A stretch of DNA of 27,159 nt from Candidatus Micrarchaeota archaeon (GCA_964643685.1 CAZXTN010000005.1:1-27159); one strand, 5' to 3'; positions 8,273 through 16,005 are shown, numbered from the stretch's first letter. Notes: generated by a model from the letters alone, not told the origin. Numbers and translations: made by a program.

Positions 8273-8824
8273 TCAGAAGCTTACTTTTACGTTTTTCCTA
8301 GCTGCTTCTTCTATTTCAAAGTAATCCTGTTCCTTGAACCCGAACAACCCTGCTATGATGTTAGCTGGAAACATTTGAATCTTGTTGTTGAAAGCCAGGA
8401 CAGAGTCGTTGTAAAACTGCCTAGCATAAGCAATCTTGTTTTCAATTCCAGACAATTCCTCCTGCAATTGCATGAAGTTTTGGCTTGCTTTCAAATTAGG
8501 GTAATTTTCAGCAACAGCAAACAAGGATTTTAAAGCGCCTGTAAGCATGTTCTCTGCTTTTGCTTTTGACTTCACGTCACCTGCTTTCATTATAGCTGCC
8601 CTTGCTTTGGTTATTTCAGTGAAAACGCTTTTCTCGTGCTTTGCATAGCCCTTGACTGTCTCAACCAAGTTAGGCACTAAGTCATATCTTTTCTTAGTCT
8701 GAACGTCAATCTGCGCCCATGCATTCTTAATCCTGTTTCTCAAAACAATTAAAGAGTTGTAAACAATTATGACGTACAGAACAATTGCCGCTACAATAAT
8801 TCCAAGTATTAGCAAAAAATCCAT
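8273..8824 (-). CDS. lemA: LemA family membrane protein
   Basis: [65 protein letters not shown] is the canonical LemA N-terminus. The likely start is the ATG at 8824, preceded by an AAGGAGG SD. The track ORF is extended to 8875. Confidence 0.8.
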   Translation of the reverse strand: MDFLLILGIIVAAIVLYVIIVYNSLIVLRNRIKNAWAQIDVQTKKRYDLVPNLVETVKGYAKHEKSVFTEITKARAAIMKAGDVKSKAKAENMLTGALKSLFAVAENYPNLKASQNFMQLQEELSGIENKIAYARQFYNDSVLAFNNKIQMFPANIIAGLFGFKEQDYFEIEEAARKNVKVSF

Positions 8825-8982
8825 TTCATAAAACCTCCTTAAAGAATAATTAATGAATAATAACAATATCTTCATTTAAAAGGATTTGTTGCAAACAAAG
8901 GTTTAAAAATGCGTTTCTTATTCTAAAATAATTAACAATGTTTAATTTTATAAAAAAATTAGGCATAAGGAGGTAATGAAAA

Positions 8983-9585
8983 ATGTGCATGGAGGAATAC
9001 AAGAACATGTTCAACGTGTTAATACATCCAACAGCTGAGTTGAAAAAGTTAAAGAAAACAAATTTAGTTGAGGGAATAAAATACACAACATTAGGAACAT
9101 TAATTCCGGGAATCCTTGCTCTGCTGTTTTTAACTTTCGGAATGGGAACAATAGCAGCGTTATTCAAAGCAGGAGGAGTAGGAACAGCAGTAGGATTTGT
9201 AAATGGATTAATAGCATTAATAACCCTAGTAATAACAAACATAATTGCTTTACTGATTGGCGGAGCAATCCTATGGGTAATAGCAAAAATCTTCGGATTG
9301 AAGAAAGACATCCAAAACTTCATAGGAGTGTACGGAATAATACTAGGGATATCTGTCGCTCTAACATGGATACCAGTAGTAGGATGGCTGATTGGAATTT
9401 ATTCCCTTTACTTGCTTTATGTAATGCTAAAAGAAGCAATGGGAATGGAAAGCAATAAGGCAATCTTAACAATAATAGTGCCAATAATCCTAGTTGCAAT
9501 AATAATAGCAATAGTAATAGCAACATTAGGAACAGCAGCATTTACAACAGCAGCGGCATACATGACAACGATGCCATCAATGTAA
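8983..9585 (+). CDS. Yip1-domain-like polytopic membrane protein
   Basis: About five predicted TM helices with a Yip1/DUF1282-like layout. An AAGGAGGT SD lies 8 nt upstream of the ATG. It is probably a paralogue of the gene at 16256-16864. Confidence 0.45.
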   Translation: MCMEEYKNMFNVLIHPTAELKKLKKTNLVEGIKYTTLGTLIPGILALLFLTFGMGTIAALFKAGGVGTAVGFVNGLIALITLVITNIIALLIGGAILWVIAKIFGLKKDIQNFIGVYGIILGISVALTWIPVVGWLIGIYSLYLLYVMLKEAMGMESNKAILTIIVPIILVAIIIAIVIATLGTAAFTTAAAYMTTMPSM

Positions 9586-9606
9586 GAAAAAACACAAAAA
9601 CCCCTC

Positions 9607-9628
9607 TTTCTTTTCTTTTTTTTTATTT
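9607..9628 (+). terminator. Oligo-T tract (archaeal-type terminator) downstream of the Yip1-like gene, between convergent genes
   Basis: ctttcttttcttttttttttatttc begins 22 nt after the stop at 9585. Confidence 0.35.
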
Positions 9629-9667
9629 CATTGCACAAGGATTGAAACATCAGTTTATTAAATACTT

Positions 9668-11701
9668 CTAAATTACCCCGCCACTACTAGGAGGAGGATT
9701 GATACTAACAGGACAATCATCATCAGGAACATCAACACACTCCCCCCATAAACCATCAGCACCGCATGTCTGAGTACCTGGGCAATCCTTTTCAGTTGTG
9801 CAGTTTTGAGTCTGCCCCACGCAGCAGTCATAAGGAGAAGTGCAGTTCTCTTCATAATAAGGAACGCATTTTCTCCAAAAACCGTCATCGCCACATTTAT
9901 GCATACCCATGTAACCATTGAAAATATCTATGCAATTTTCCTCTTCTCCAGGTGAACAAGGAGTCTCTGAACAAGAATAGTTAACTTTAACATAATCTGG
10001 AGACTCATCTCCTTCAATGAAATCCATACCTAAAAAGAGAGGTTTAAAGTAACCGAATGCTGTCAAATTTAAACTTGAAAAACTATAATATTTGCTTAGT
10101 CCGAACGTATAAGTAAATCCAGAGTTATTGGTTAAAGTAAAATAAAAATCAAAATAAGAGTCATTAAAAGGAGTTGTCTCTTCACTTGCATTATCAAAGG
10201 TTAAAATCATATTATCGCAGTCAACTAGCTTTGCATTTACTTTTTTTGAAAGTTCAAACTCTTCATTTTCAGGAACATTAATTAAGGAAATTCCGGAGGT
10301 ATTCGAGTCAAGGCAGTCGCTCCAATGATTGTCAGAGCATTTCATTTCACCAACACTTCCATCATTTAACAAGCAAGCTCTTGCTTCATCGCCCTCGCAA
10401 TACCAACTGCAGTCAGGGTCGTTAATGTCAAACAAGCCATCGCAGTCATTGTCAAGCTTGTCAGTGCAGTTCAACTCCTTGTCCCCTGTCTTATTGCAGC
10501 AATAATCAACAAACCCAAAATAACTCATCCTAATTAAGCCATCATCGCACCTGTCAAAAGGAACATACTCTTTTGAAAACTCGCATTTACTCAAAGTACC
10601 ATTAACGCATCTCCTAACACCCATATTCGTACTGTTAACCCAGCAGCCAACTGTTTCATTGCCAACACAAGGAGAGGCACAATCACTGTCCATCAAGTCA
10701 ACTAATCCATCACAGTCATTATCCAAGCCATCATTGCAGATGCTTTCATTATCACTTGTCTTGTTGCAACAATACTTCAAATTATTAGAGGAATTAACAA
10801 ACACCAAACCTTCATTACATTCATTCACAAACCTGCATTCATTATCTTCACATATGCTTTTTACCTCTCCTCCTTTAATGGAGTAAGTCGGAGCAGGGCA
10901 AGTTTTAATGTTCACAACCCACTGCCCATTAAAGCAAATAGCATACTCTAATTTAGAATCATCAACGCATTTGATACTAACCTCTTCTTTTTCATTACTA
11001 CAAGGCCCTGAAGGAACTTTGACTTCAGTTTTACCTGACGGGTTCTTATGTTCTGCCTGCGATTCATTTAAGAAGTAATCAGGCACATCTGCCCCTATTT
11101 TTTCACCTAATCTCCTAAGTTCAAAAACAGGATAACCCTTATTCATTGAAACAAAGGCAACTTCAACATCAGCAAAAGAATCAAAATCCAAGTCAACTTT
11201 TCTCTTCTCCCCTTGCTTCATTACAAAAACCATTGGCTGTGAAGAAAAAACAACATAAACAGCATCATCAACTATTTTCTGAATAGAAAAAGAATGCGAA
11301 GAGCCGTCTGCATCAAAAACAACAGTGCCACCTGCTTCAAAAACAATCTTCTTGTAAGAAAAAGAGCCTATTGAAAAATCAGCATTGGATGAAACAACAA
11401 TAGTAGACGGCTCATTGGAAAAAGAAGAAAGATAAGCAACAGAAACAAGGACAATGCCAACTGCAATTGAAAAACCAAGCAAGCTGAATAGCAATTTTTT
11501 CCTGTTTTTTTCAGCAATTTTCTTCAGGAAAGAAGGAATTGAAGAACTTTCTCCACTTGCTCTTGCTTTTGCTTTTGTTAAAATGTGATCGATGTCATAA
11601 AGAGAGTAACCTGCATTTGACAAGTACTCCGCTAACTGCTTTTCAGATACCCCTTCTTTCAACTTGGCTTCCATCAAGCTGACAATCTTATCATCACTCA
11701 T
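9668..11701 (-). CDS. Large membrane-anchored cysteine-rich surface glycoprotein with MopE-like D-N-D-C-D-G repeats
   Basis: An N-terminal cytoplasmic domain of about 60 aa, one TM helix (LLFSLLGFSIAVGIVLVSVAYL), then an extracellular region with many N-x-S/T sequons. Repeats CNDGLDNDCDGLVDLMDSDC and CTDKLDNDCDGLFDINDPDC resemble the putative metal-binding MopE-type motif. Around 50 Cys residues in total. Confidence 0.6.
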   Translation of the reverse strand: MSDDKIVSLMEAKLKEGVSEKQLAEYLSNAGYSLYDIDHILTKAKARASGESSSIPSFLKKIAEKNRKKLLFSLLGFSIAVGIVLVSVAYLSSFSNEPSTIVVSSNADFSIGSFSYKKIVFEAGGTVVFDADGSSHSFSIQKIVDDAVYVVFSSQPMVFVMKQGEKRKVDLDFDSFADVEVAFVSMNKGYPVFELRRLGEKIGADVPDYFLNESQAEHKNPSGKTEVKVPSGPCSNEKEEVSIKCVDDSKLEYAICFNGQWVVNIKTCPAPTYSIKGGEVKSICEDNECRFVNECNEGLVFVNSSNNLKYCCNKTSDNESICNDGLDNDCDGLVDLMDSDCASPCVGNETVGCWVNSTNMGVRRCVNGTLSKCEFSKEYVPFDRCDDGLIRMSYFGFVDYCCNKTGDKELNCTDKLDNDCDGLFDINDPDCSWYCEGDEARACLLNDGSVGEMKCSDNHWSDCLDSNTSGISLINVPENEEFELSKKVNAKLVDCDNMILTFDNASEETTPFNDSYFDFYFTLTNNSGFTYTFGLSKYYSFSSLNLTAFGYFKPLFLGMDFIEGDESPDYVKVNYSCSETPCSPGEEENCIDIFNGYMGMHKCGDDGFWRKCVPYYEENCTSPYDCCVGQTQNCTTEKDCPGTQTCGADGLWGECVDVPDDDCPVSINPPPSSGGVI

Positions 11702-11738
11702 TAAAAATAAAAAAAGAAGAAAGAGTTTAAAATAGTTA

Positions 11739-12671
11739 TTAATGATAGTCAGGTGTCTTGTACTCTGGCTTTTTCACGTAATAATAAGCATTCGTGCCTG
11801 CAATTGCTCCTTCTCCAACTGCAACTGCAACTTGAGCCAATCCCCCTGTCACATCTCCAGCTGCAAACACTCCTGGAACATTTGTTTCCATTTCTTCATT
11901 AGTTACAATGTAACCTTTCTCATCAAGATTAACTCCAGCTGCCTGCGCCAAGCTAGTTGAAGGCACGCTTCCAATTTCAATAAAGCAACCCTGCACTTCC
12001 AATTCCCTCAATTCTCCTGTTTTCTTGTTCTTGATTACTATTTTTTCAAGCATAGGGTCTCCTACAAACTCTTCTAAAACAGAGTCAAAAACAAATTCAA
12101 TGTTGTCCTTTTCTTCTGCTTGTTTTACATTGGCTTCCTCTGCCCTAAAAGAACTTCTCCTGTGTATCACGTAAACTTTTTCAGCCAAGTCAGCCAAGTA
12201 AACAGCAGACGTCAAAGCAGAGTCACCGCCACCTACAACAGCTACTTTTTTTCCCCTGAACATAGGGCCGTCACAAGTAGCGCAGTAAGAAACTCCTCTA
12301 CCTGTCAGCTTGTCTTCTCCTTTGACTCCAAGAGTCCTATGCATCGCGCCAGTGGCAAGGATGACAGAAGCTGCTTCAAAAACCCCCTTGTATTCAGTGG
12401 TTATTTTTTTAACTTCTCCTTGCAAATCCATTTTAATCAGGTTGTCAGTGACAAACTCAACTCCAAATTTCTCGCACTGCTTTTTCATAGTATCAGTCAA
12501 TTCAATTCCAGAAATTTTCTCAATGCCAGGGTAGTTTTCAATTTCAGTAGCTAAATTAATCTGTCCACCAATATCCTTTGAAATAATCAAAGTCTTTAAG
12601 TTCCTCCTGCTTGCATAAATTCCAGCGCTTAAGCCAGCTGGACCAGCTCCGCAGATAATTACATCATACAT
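11739..12671 (-). CDS. trxB: Thioredoxin reductase (NAD(P)H-dependent, FAD)
   Basis: MYDVIICGAGPAGLSAGIYASR (FAD Rossmann), redox-active CATCDG, second GxGxxA (NADPH), and C-terminal GDVTGG. The true start is the ATG at 12671; the track begins at an upstream GTG at 12704. Confidence 0.9.
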   Translation of the reverse strand: MYDVIICGAGPAGLSAGIYASRRNLKTLIISKDIGGQINLATEIENYPGIEKISGIELTDTMKKQCEKFGVEFVTDNLIKMDLQGEVKKITTEYKGVFEAASVILATGAMHRTLGVKGEDKLTGRGVSYCATCDGPMFRGKKVAVVGGGDSALTSAVYLADLAEKVYVIHRRSSFRAEEANVKQAEEKDNIEFVFDSVLEEFVGDPMLEKIVIKNKKTGELRELEVQGCFIEIGSVPSTSLAQAAGVNLDEKGYIVTNEEMETNVPGVFAAGDVTGGLAQVAVAVGEGAIAGTNAYYYVKKPEYKTPDYH

Positions 12672-12700
12672 CAAAAACCACCCTTCATAAAACAAGTTTC

Positions 12701-12937
12701 TCACAAGTCAAGCAATAGGTCTATTCTTGGCTTGTCAAAACCAACAATAATCACGCCATCAATGTCAAGAACAGGCACTCCCATTTGACCTGACTTCTGA
12801 ATCATTTCCTGAGCTTTCTCCTGATTCACTGAAACATCATAGTCAATGAAAGGAATGTTATGCTCTTTCAAGTACTGCTTTGCCCTTGCGCACCAAGGAC
12901 AGTTAGGTGTTGAATAAACAATAACCTCATGTTCCAT
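12701..12937 (-). CDS. Glutaredoxin/NrdH-like small thiol-disulfide oxidoreductase
   Basis: 78 aa with a CPWC active site (VYSTPNCPWCARAKQYL), i.e. a thioredoxin-fold glutaredoxin-like protein. Its stop overlaps the trxB upstream region; co-transcription is probable. Confidence 0.75.
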   Translation of the reverse strand: MEHEVIVYSTPNCPWCARAKQYLKEHNIPFIDYDVSVNQEKAQEMIQKSGQMGVPVLDIDGVIIVGFDKPRIDLLLDL

Positions 12938-13077
12938 TTTTTCTCAAACCTCCATTTTGTTGAATTTTTTTTAAAAATAAAATAAGCAAAAAACTTTAAA
13001 TTGCTTTATAGTTCAAAAACTGTTTAAACAAAGTTTATGAGGACAATTTAATATAAAGCTTTTGTTGTCAAAAAAAG

Positions 13078-13371
13078 TCAATGCAAGGAATAATGCCCTC
13101 CTTGAATGCGGATAGCTTTTCCTTCAACAAGAGCTGAAGCTATTTTTTCACGAGCAGAGGAGAGGATTCTATTAAAAGTTGGCTGGGAAACCCCCATTTT
13201 TTCAGCGCATTGGCTCTGGTTCATTTTTTCAAAATCACTTAACCGAAGGGCTTCGAATTCATCTACTTCAAGCACAACTTCCTCCAAGTCGCGCATTGCC
13301 ACTCCAGCTGGCTTGAAAAAAACAATACCAGGCTCAAAACCAACTCTCCTTATCCTTCTCATTCTAGGCAT
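13078..13371 (-). CDS. DUF134 (UPF0251) family putative DNA-binding regulator
   Basis: MPRMRRIRRVGFEPGIVFFKPAGVAMRDLEEVVLEVDEFEALRLSD...CAEKMGVSQPTFNRILSSAREKIASALVEGKAIRIQGG matches the DUF134 consensus almost position by position (MPRPRK-RRVGF-P-x-x-FKP-G ... EEVVL ... DE-EALRL-D ... MGVSRPTF-RIL-x-AR-KVA-ALV-GKAIRI). Confidence 0.7.
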   Translation of the reverse strand: MPRMRRIRRVGFEPGIVFFKPAGVAMRDLEEVVLEVDEFEALRLSDFEKMNQSQCAEKMGVSQPTFNRILSSAREKIASALVEGKAIRIQGGHYSLH

Positions 13372-13378
13372 TTTTCAA

Positions 13379-14116
13379 TCACCTTATTAACTTAACTAAG
13401 AACATTATAATAATACCTGAAAAAAAGAACGCGAAATTAATTAAAGTCTTATTAACAGAATGCTCTTCTCTTATTTCAGGAACCAAGTCAGAAGCTGAAA
13501 TATACAGGAAACCGCCTGCTGCAAAAGGCATTAGGAAAGGGACTATGAAGTTGAAAGAAGAAGACAGGAAGTAACCGACAAGTCCTCCGAGCATTGCAGT
13601 CAAGGCAACTATGAAATTGTAAAACAAGGCTTTTTTTCTAGTCAAGCCAGCGTAAATTAGCACGCCAAAGTCTCCTATTTCCTGAGGAATTTCATGCAAA
13701 GCAATTGCAAAAACAGTTATTAACCCTATTGCAGGGCTTGTTAAAAAACCAGCTGCCATAATCAAGCCGTCTGTGAAATTATGAACAGCGTCGCCAATCA
13801 AATTCATGTAAGCAAGGCTATGCACTTTACACCTGTTTTCCCTGCAATGATGCCAATGCAGGAATTTTTCCATTGCAAAAAACAGCACAAAACCAATTAA
13901 TACATAAATGAGGATAGGGGCAGTTGAAAATTGCTCAAGGGCTTCAGGAAGCAAGTGAATGAAAACAGCTCCAAGCAAGCCGCCTGCTGAAAGGGAAACC
14001 AAGTAAATTGTTATCCTTTTCAGTTTCTCCTCGTCCATGGATAAAGTGAAAACTCCAACTAGTGAAATCAAGCTGACTAGAAAAGTTGAAACAATAATGG
14101 AGTCAAAGGCATTCAT
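13379..14116 (-). CDS. ZIP family divalent metal (Zn/Fe) transporter, ZupT-like
   Basis: Eight predicted TM helices with ZIP signatures HNFTDGLIMAAGF and ALHEIPQEIGDFGVL, plus a His-rich loop (HWHHCRENRCKVH). A GAGGT SD is present, with 3 nt between it and the upstream gene. Confidence 0.85.
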   Translation of the reverse strand: MNAFDSIIVSTFLVSLISLVGVFTLSMDEEKLKRITIYLVSLSAGGLLGAVFIHLLPEALEQFSTAPILIYVLIGFVLFFAMEKFLHWHHCRENRCKVHSLAYMNLIGDAVHNFTDGLIMAAGFLTSPAIGLITVFAIALHEIPQEIGDFGVLIYAGLTRKKALFYNFIVALTAMLGGLVGYFLSSSFNFIVPFLMPFAAGGFLYISASDLVPEIREEHSVNKTLINFAFFFSGIIIMFLVKLIR

Positions 14117-14119
14117 GTT

Positions 14120-14428
14120 TCACATTACCTCTTTCAAAGCGTCTTTTACTTTTAAAGAAGAGCTTAACTGCTTCATTTTAATCCCTTTCTCCTCCAAGCT
14201 GTTTTTCAAAACAGGTCCGAACTTGCCTCCTGAAACAAACAACTGCACTCCTTTTTCATCCATTAAATGAGCCGCGCTGTAACCAGCTCCTCCGCCGACA
14301 ACAAAGGGGTTTTTAATTGATTCAATCAACTCTCCATTTTCAAAAATTAAGAAATAAGGAGCTCTTGCACTTACTTCGCTTAAAAAACTTTCTTCATCTG
14401 CTCCCTTGCTTGCTATGCATATTTTCAT
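14120..14428 (-). CDS. NifX/NifB-like Nitro_FeMo-Co (dinitrogenase FeMo-cofactor-binding fold) family small protein
   Basis: MKICIASKG...APYFLIFE..GEL...NPFVVGGGAGYSAAHLMDEKGVQLFVSGGKFGP matches the Nitro_FeMo-Co domain pattern (MKIAIPS-G ... APYFLIYD ... GGGAG ... L ... GV). A strong AAGGAGGTG SD is present. Confidence 0.7.
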   Translation of the reverse strand: MKICIASKGADEESFLSEVSARAPYFLIFENGELIESIKNPFVVGGGAGYSAAHLMDEKGVQLFVSGGKFGPVLKNSLEEKGIKMKQLSSSLKVKDALKEVM

Positions 14429-14466
14429 TTTATTTCACCTCCTTCATACATAAATGAAAAGTTTGA

Positions 14467-14479
14467 GCGACGCAGTCGC
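14467..14479 (-). other. GC hairpin GCGAC-GCA-GTCGC in an otherwise AT-rich spacer; on the minus transcript it is followed by a U-rich tract. Candidate attenuator, terminator or processing site between the permease and NifX-like genes
   Basis: Perfect 5-bp inverted repeat with a 3-nt loop. Flanked by two near-identical 26-nt ribosome-binding-site blocks (14425-14450 and 14487-14512). Confidence 0.3.
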
Positions 14480-14507
14480 GATTGATTTTCATTTTACTTC
14501 ATCACCT

Positions 14508-15026
14508 TCATAAAATTTTTTCATCTTCCAAGTAATTTATCAACAGCCCTTGAATAACTGAAAACACAATCATTACAATTGTAAGTATTGCTAGCAAATT
14601 AAAGTCAAAGTAAATTAAAAACAAAGGCATTAAAGGCAGCTTAATAGCCCTGTTGTACAAGAAAGTTGCAATGAAACCTTGCTTCACTCCCCTCTTTTTC
14701 AAATCAGCCAAGAGAGGGTACCACATGTAAATAGGTCCAGATGAAAGAATGCCTCCTACAACCATTATAAGCCATCCTCTCAAACCACTTCCTTTGTGAA
14801 AATGCCTGATAACTGTTTTCGGAGAAATAAAGTAATTCACAAGAAGCATTAAAACAAAGACTAAGAAAAAAACAGGCAACACTTTAACAATGATTCCAGC
14901 AAAAGAATTGATTAGAATCATGAACTTTGAAAAATCAGTTAAAGCAACAGCTAAGTAAATCAAGAGCATTGCAATGAAAAAAGCTCTTGTGAAAGTCAGT
15001 TTTTCTTTCAACTCTTCAATCTTCAT
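14508..15026 (-). CDS. Membrane protein, probably the C-terminal half of a split YraQ/DUF318-like permease
   Basis: About five TM helices. The motif VVGGILSSGPIYMWYPLLADLKKRG resembles the DUF318 repeat (...CSC..iP.a.aL.kkG), with the Cys pair replaced. The start is probably the ATG at 15026, in an ATGA overlap with the upstream gene's stop; the track starts at 15038. Confidence 0.4.
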   Translation of the reverse strand: MKIEELKEKLTFTRAFFIAMLLIYLAVALTDFSKFMILINSFAGIIVKVLPVFFLVFVLMLLVNYFISPKTVIRHFHKGSGLRGWLIMVVGGILSSGPIYMWYPLLADLKKRGVKQGFIATFLYNRAIKLPLMPLFLIYFDFNLLAILTIVMIVFSVIQGLLINYLEDEKIL

Positions 15027-15448
15027 AGTATCATCCAAATTGAAACTGTTATTAAAGCGACTATTATTGAAAAAATGAATGAAAGAAAGTTTCTTGCAGT
15101 GGCGAATTTTTTTCCAATAAGAAGGGATTCAGCTGGGAACTGCACAAGCCCCACTGTAACCCAGGCAACTATGAATGAAACAACTGCAATCAAAGACACT
15201 CCTTGATGCAGAAGTTCTCCGCCTATGATGTAGCTTGTTATTGGATTGCCTGCTAAGATGCTTCCTACAACTGCTCCTATGAGAGAATCAATCAGAGGAA
15301 ATCCAGTGAAAACTTTGGAGTAAAAGGATTTAGGAAGGAAAGAGTTAAGCAAAGCTATGAGCATTACGACACTTAGCAGTATTAATGAGCTGTTCCAAAT
15401 TGACTTGAATGCTTTCATTGCTGATTGCTTGAACTTAAGTTTATCCAT
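15023..15448 (-). CDS. Membrane protein, probably the N-terminal half of a split YraQ/DUF318-like permease
   Basis: Four TM helices. The motif AVVGSILAGNPITSYIIGGELLHQG is the first copy of the internal repeat also seen in the downstream gene. The pair is translationally coupled. Confidence 0.4.
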   Translation of the reverse strand: MDKLKFKQSAMKAFKSIWNSSLILLSVVMLIALLNSFLPKSFYSKVFTGFPLIDSLIGAVVGSILAGNPITSYIIGGELLHQGVSLIAVVSFIVAWVTVGLVQFPAESLLIGKKFATARNFLSFIFSIIVALITVSIWMIL

Positions 15449-15484
15449 TTCCTATAACCTCTTTTTTATTGGCTCTTAATTTTT

Positions 15485-15649
15485 TCATTGTCCAACTAAT
15501 CTGATATTACATTTAGGACAAACGTAGTAACTGCAAGGTGTTCCTGGCTGATGCTCCTGCTCATACCCGCATTGCGGGCAAACGCATTTGCGCACTGGCC
15601 CAAGCCCTTGCCTTCTTCCTCCTTTGCCTAAACCCTCTCCTCTTGTCAT
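15485..15649 (-). CDS. Small zinc-ribbon protein (54 aa, two CxxC pairs), not in the supplied ORF track
   Basis: Hand translation gives MTRGEGLGKGGRRQGLGPVRKCVCPQCGYEQEHQPGTPCSYYVCPKCNIRLVGQ. The ATG lies 8 nt after the DUF5320 stop, with GAGGAG upstream as an SD. The locally high GC content is consistent with coding. Confidence 0.5.
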   Translation of the reverse strand: MTRGEGLGKGGRRQGLGPVRKCVCPQCGYEQEHQPGTPCSYYVCPKCNIRLVGQ

Positions 15650-15657
15650 GTATTAAC

Positions 15658-15951
15658 TCACTCCTCAAGTTCTTTTAATCTTTTCTCAATTGCTTTTTTT
15701 TCATTTTCCAGCCATTCTTTTTCGTCAGCTGGGGAAAAAGCAGGGGCTCTGCCTAATCCTCTTCCTCTTCCCCTGCCATAACCTGCTCCTCTGCCGCGTC
15801 CAAAGCCGCGTCCTGGTCCTCTGCCGTATCCCATTCCTCTTGGTGCTGCGTCAGCTGTGTATCCAGGTGCGTTTCTGTCAGAGCAGTATCCAAGTCCTCT
15901 TCCTGTCCTTGGTCCTTTTCCTTCAGGTCCTGTTCTATCTCCGTAAGGCAT
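15658..15951 (-). CDS. DUF5320 family protein (Gly/Arg-rich N-terminal part, C-terminal coiled coil)
   Basis: MPYGDRTGPEGKGPRTGRGLGYC...GRGFGRGRGAGYGRGRGRG...EKEWLENEKKAIEKRLKELEE matches the DUF5320 pattern (MPRGDGTGPMGMGPMTGRGAGYC ... RGFGRG repeats ... acidic coiled-coil tail). A GGAGGTG SD is present. Confidence 0.65.
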   Translation of the reverse strand: MPYGDRTGPEGKGPRTGRGLGYCSDRNAPGYTADAAPRGMGYGRGPGRGFGRGRGAGYGRGRGRGLGRAPAFSPADEKEWLENEKKAIEKRLKELEE

Positions 15952-15980
15952 TTTTGCTTCACCTCCATTTTAATTTTTTT

Positions 15981-16005
15981 ATTTTTTGCCGTAAGGCAAA
16001 AAGCT
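15981..16005 (+). promoter_or_regulatory. Repeat copy 1: tttttgccgtaaggcaaaaagctgt. It forms the hairpin TTGCC-GTAA-GGCAA (a GNRA tetraloop on the plus-strand RNA)
   Basis: 25-nt element identical, except at one loop position, to 16091-16115. It lies in the divergent intergenic region between the DUF5320 operon and the Yip1-like gene. Confidence 0.4.

Noticed and set aside
8876-8982. Near-palindrome tttgttgcaaacaaa in the lemA / Yip1-like divergent promoter region
   Set aside because: Imperfect, only 5-bp arms, and found in AT-rich promoter DNA where such matches are frequent. Treated as ordinary promoter sequence with TATA-like boxes.
977-9650. Short antisense or embedded track ORFs (977-1213, 1651-1833, 2419-2679, 4464-4862, 5599-5952, 5675-5881, 6334-6573, 6528-6776, 7866-8066, 8183-8533, 8850-9323, 9273-9458, 9320-9541, 9417-9650)
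   Set aside because: Each is fully nested in, or antisense to, a well-supported conserved gene. They have no RBS and low-complexity translations. They were treated as spurious.
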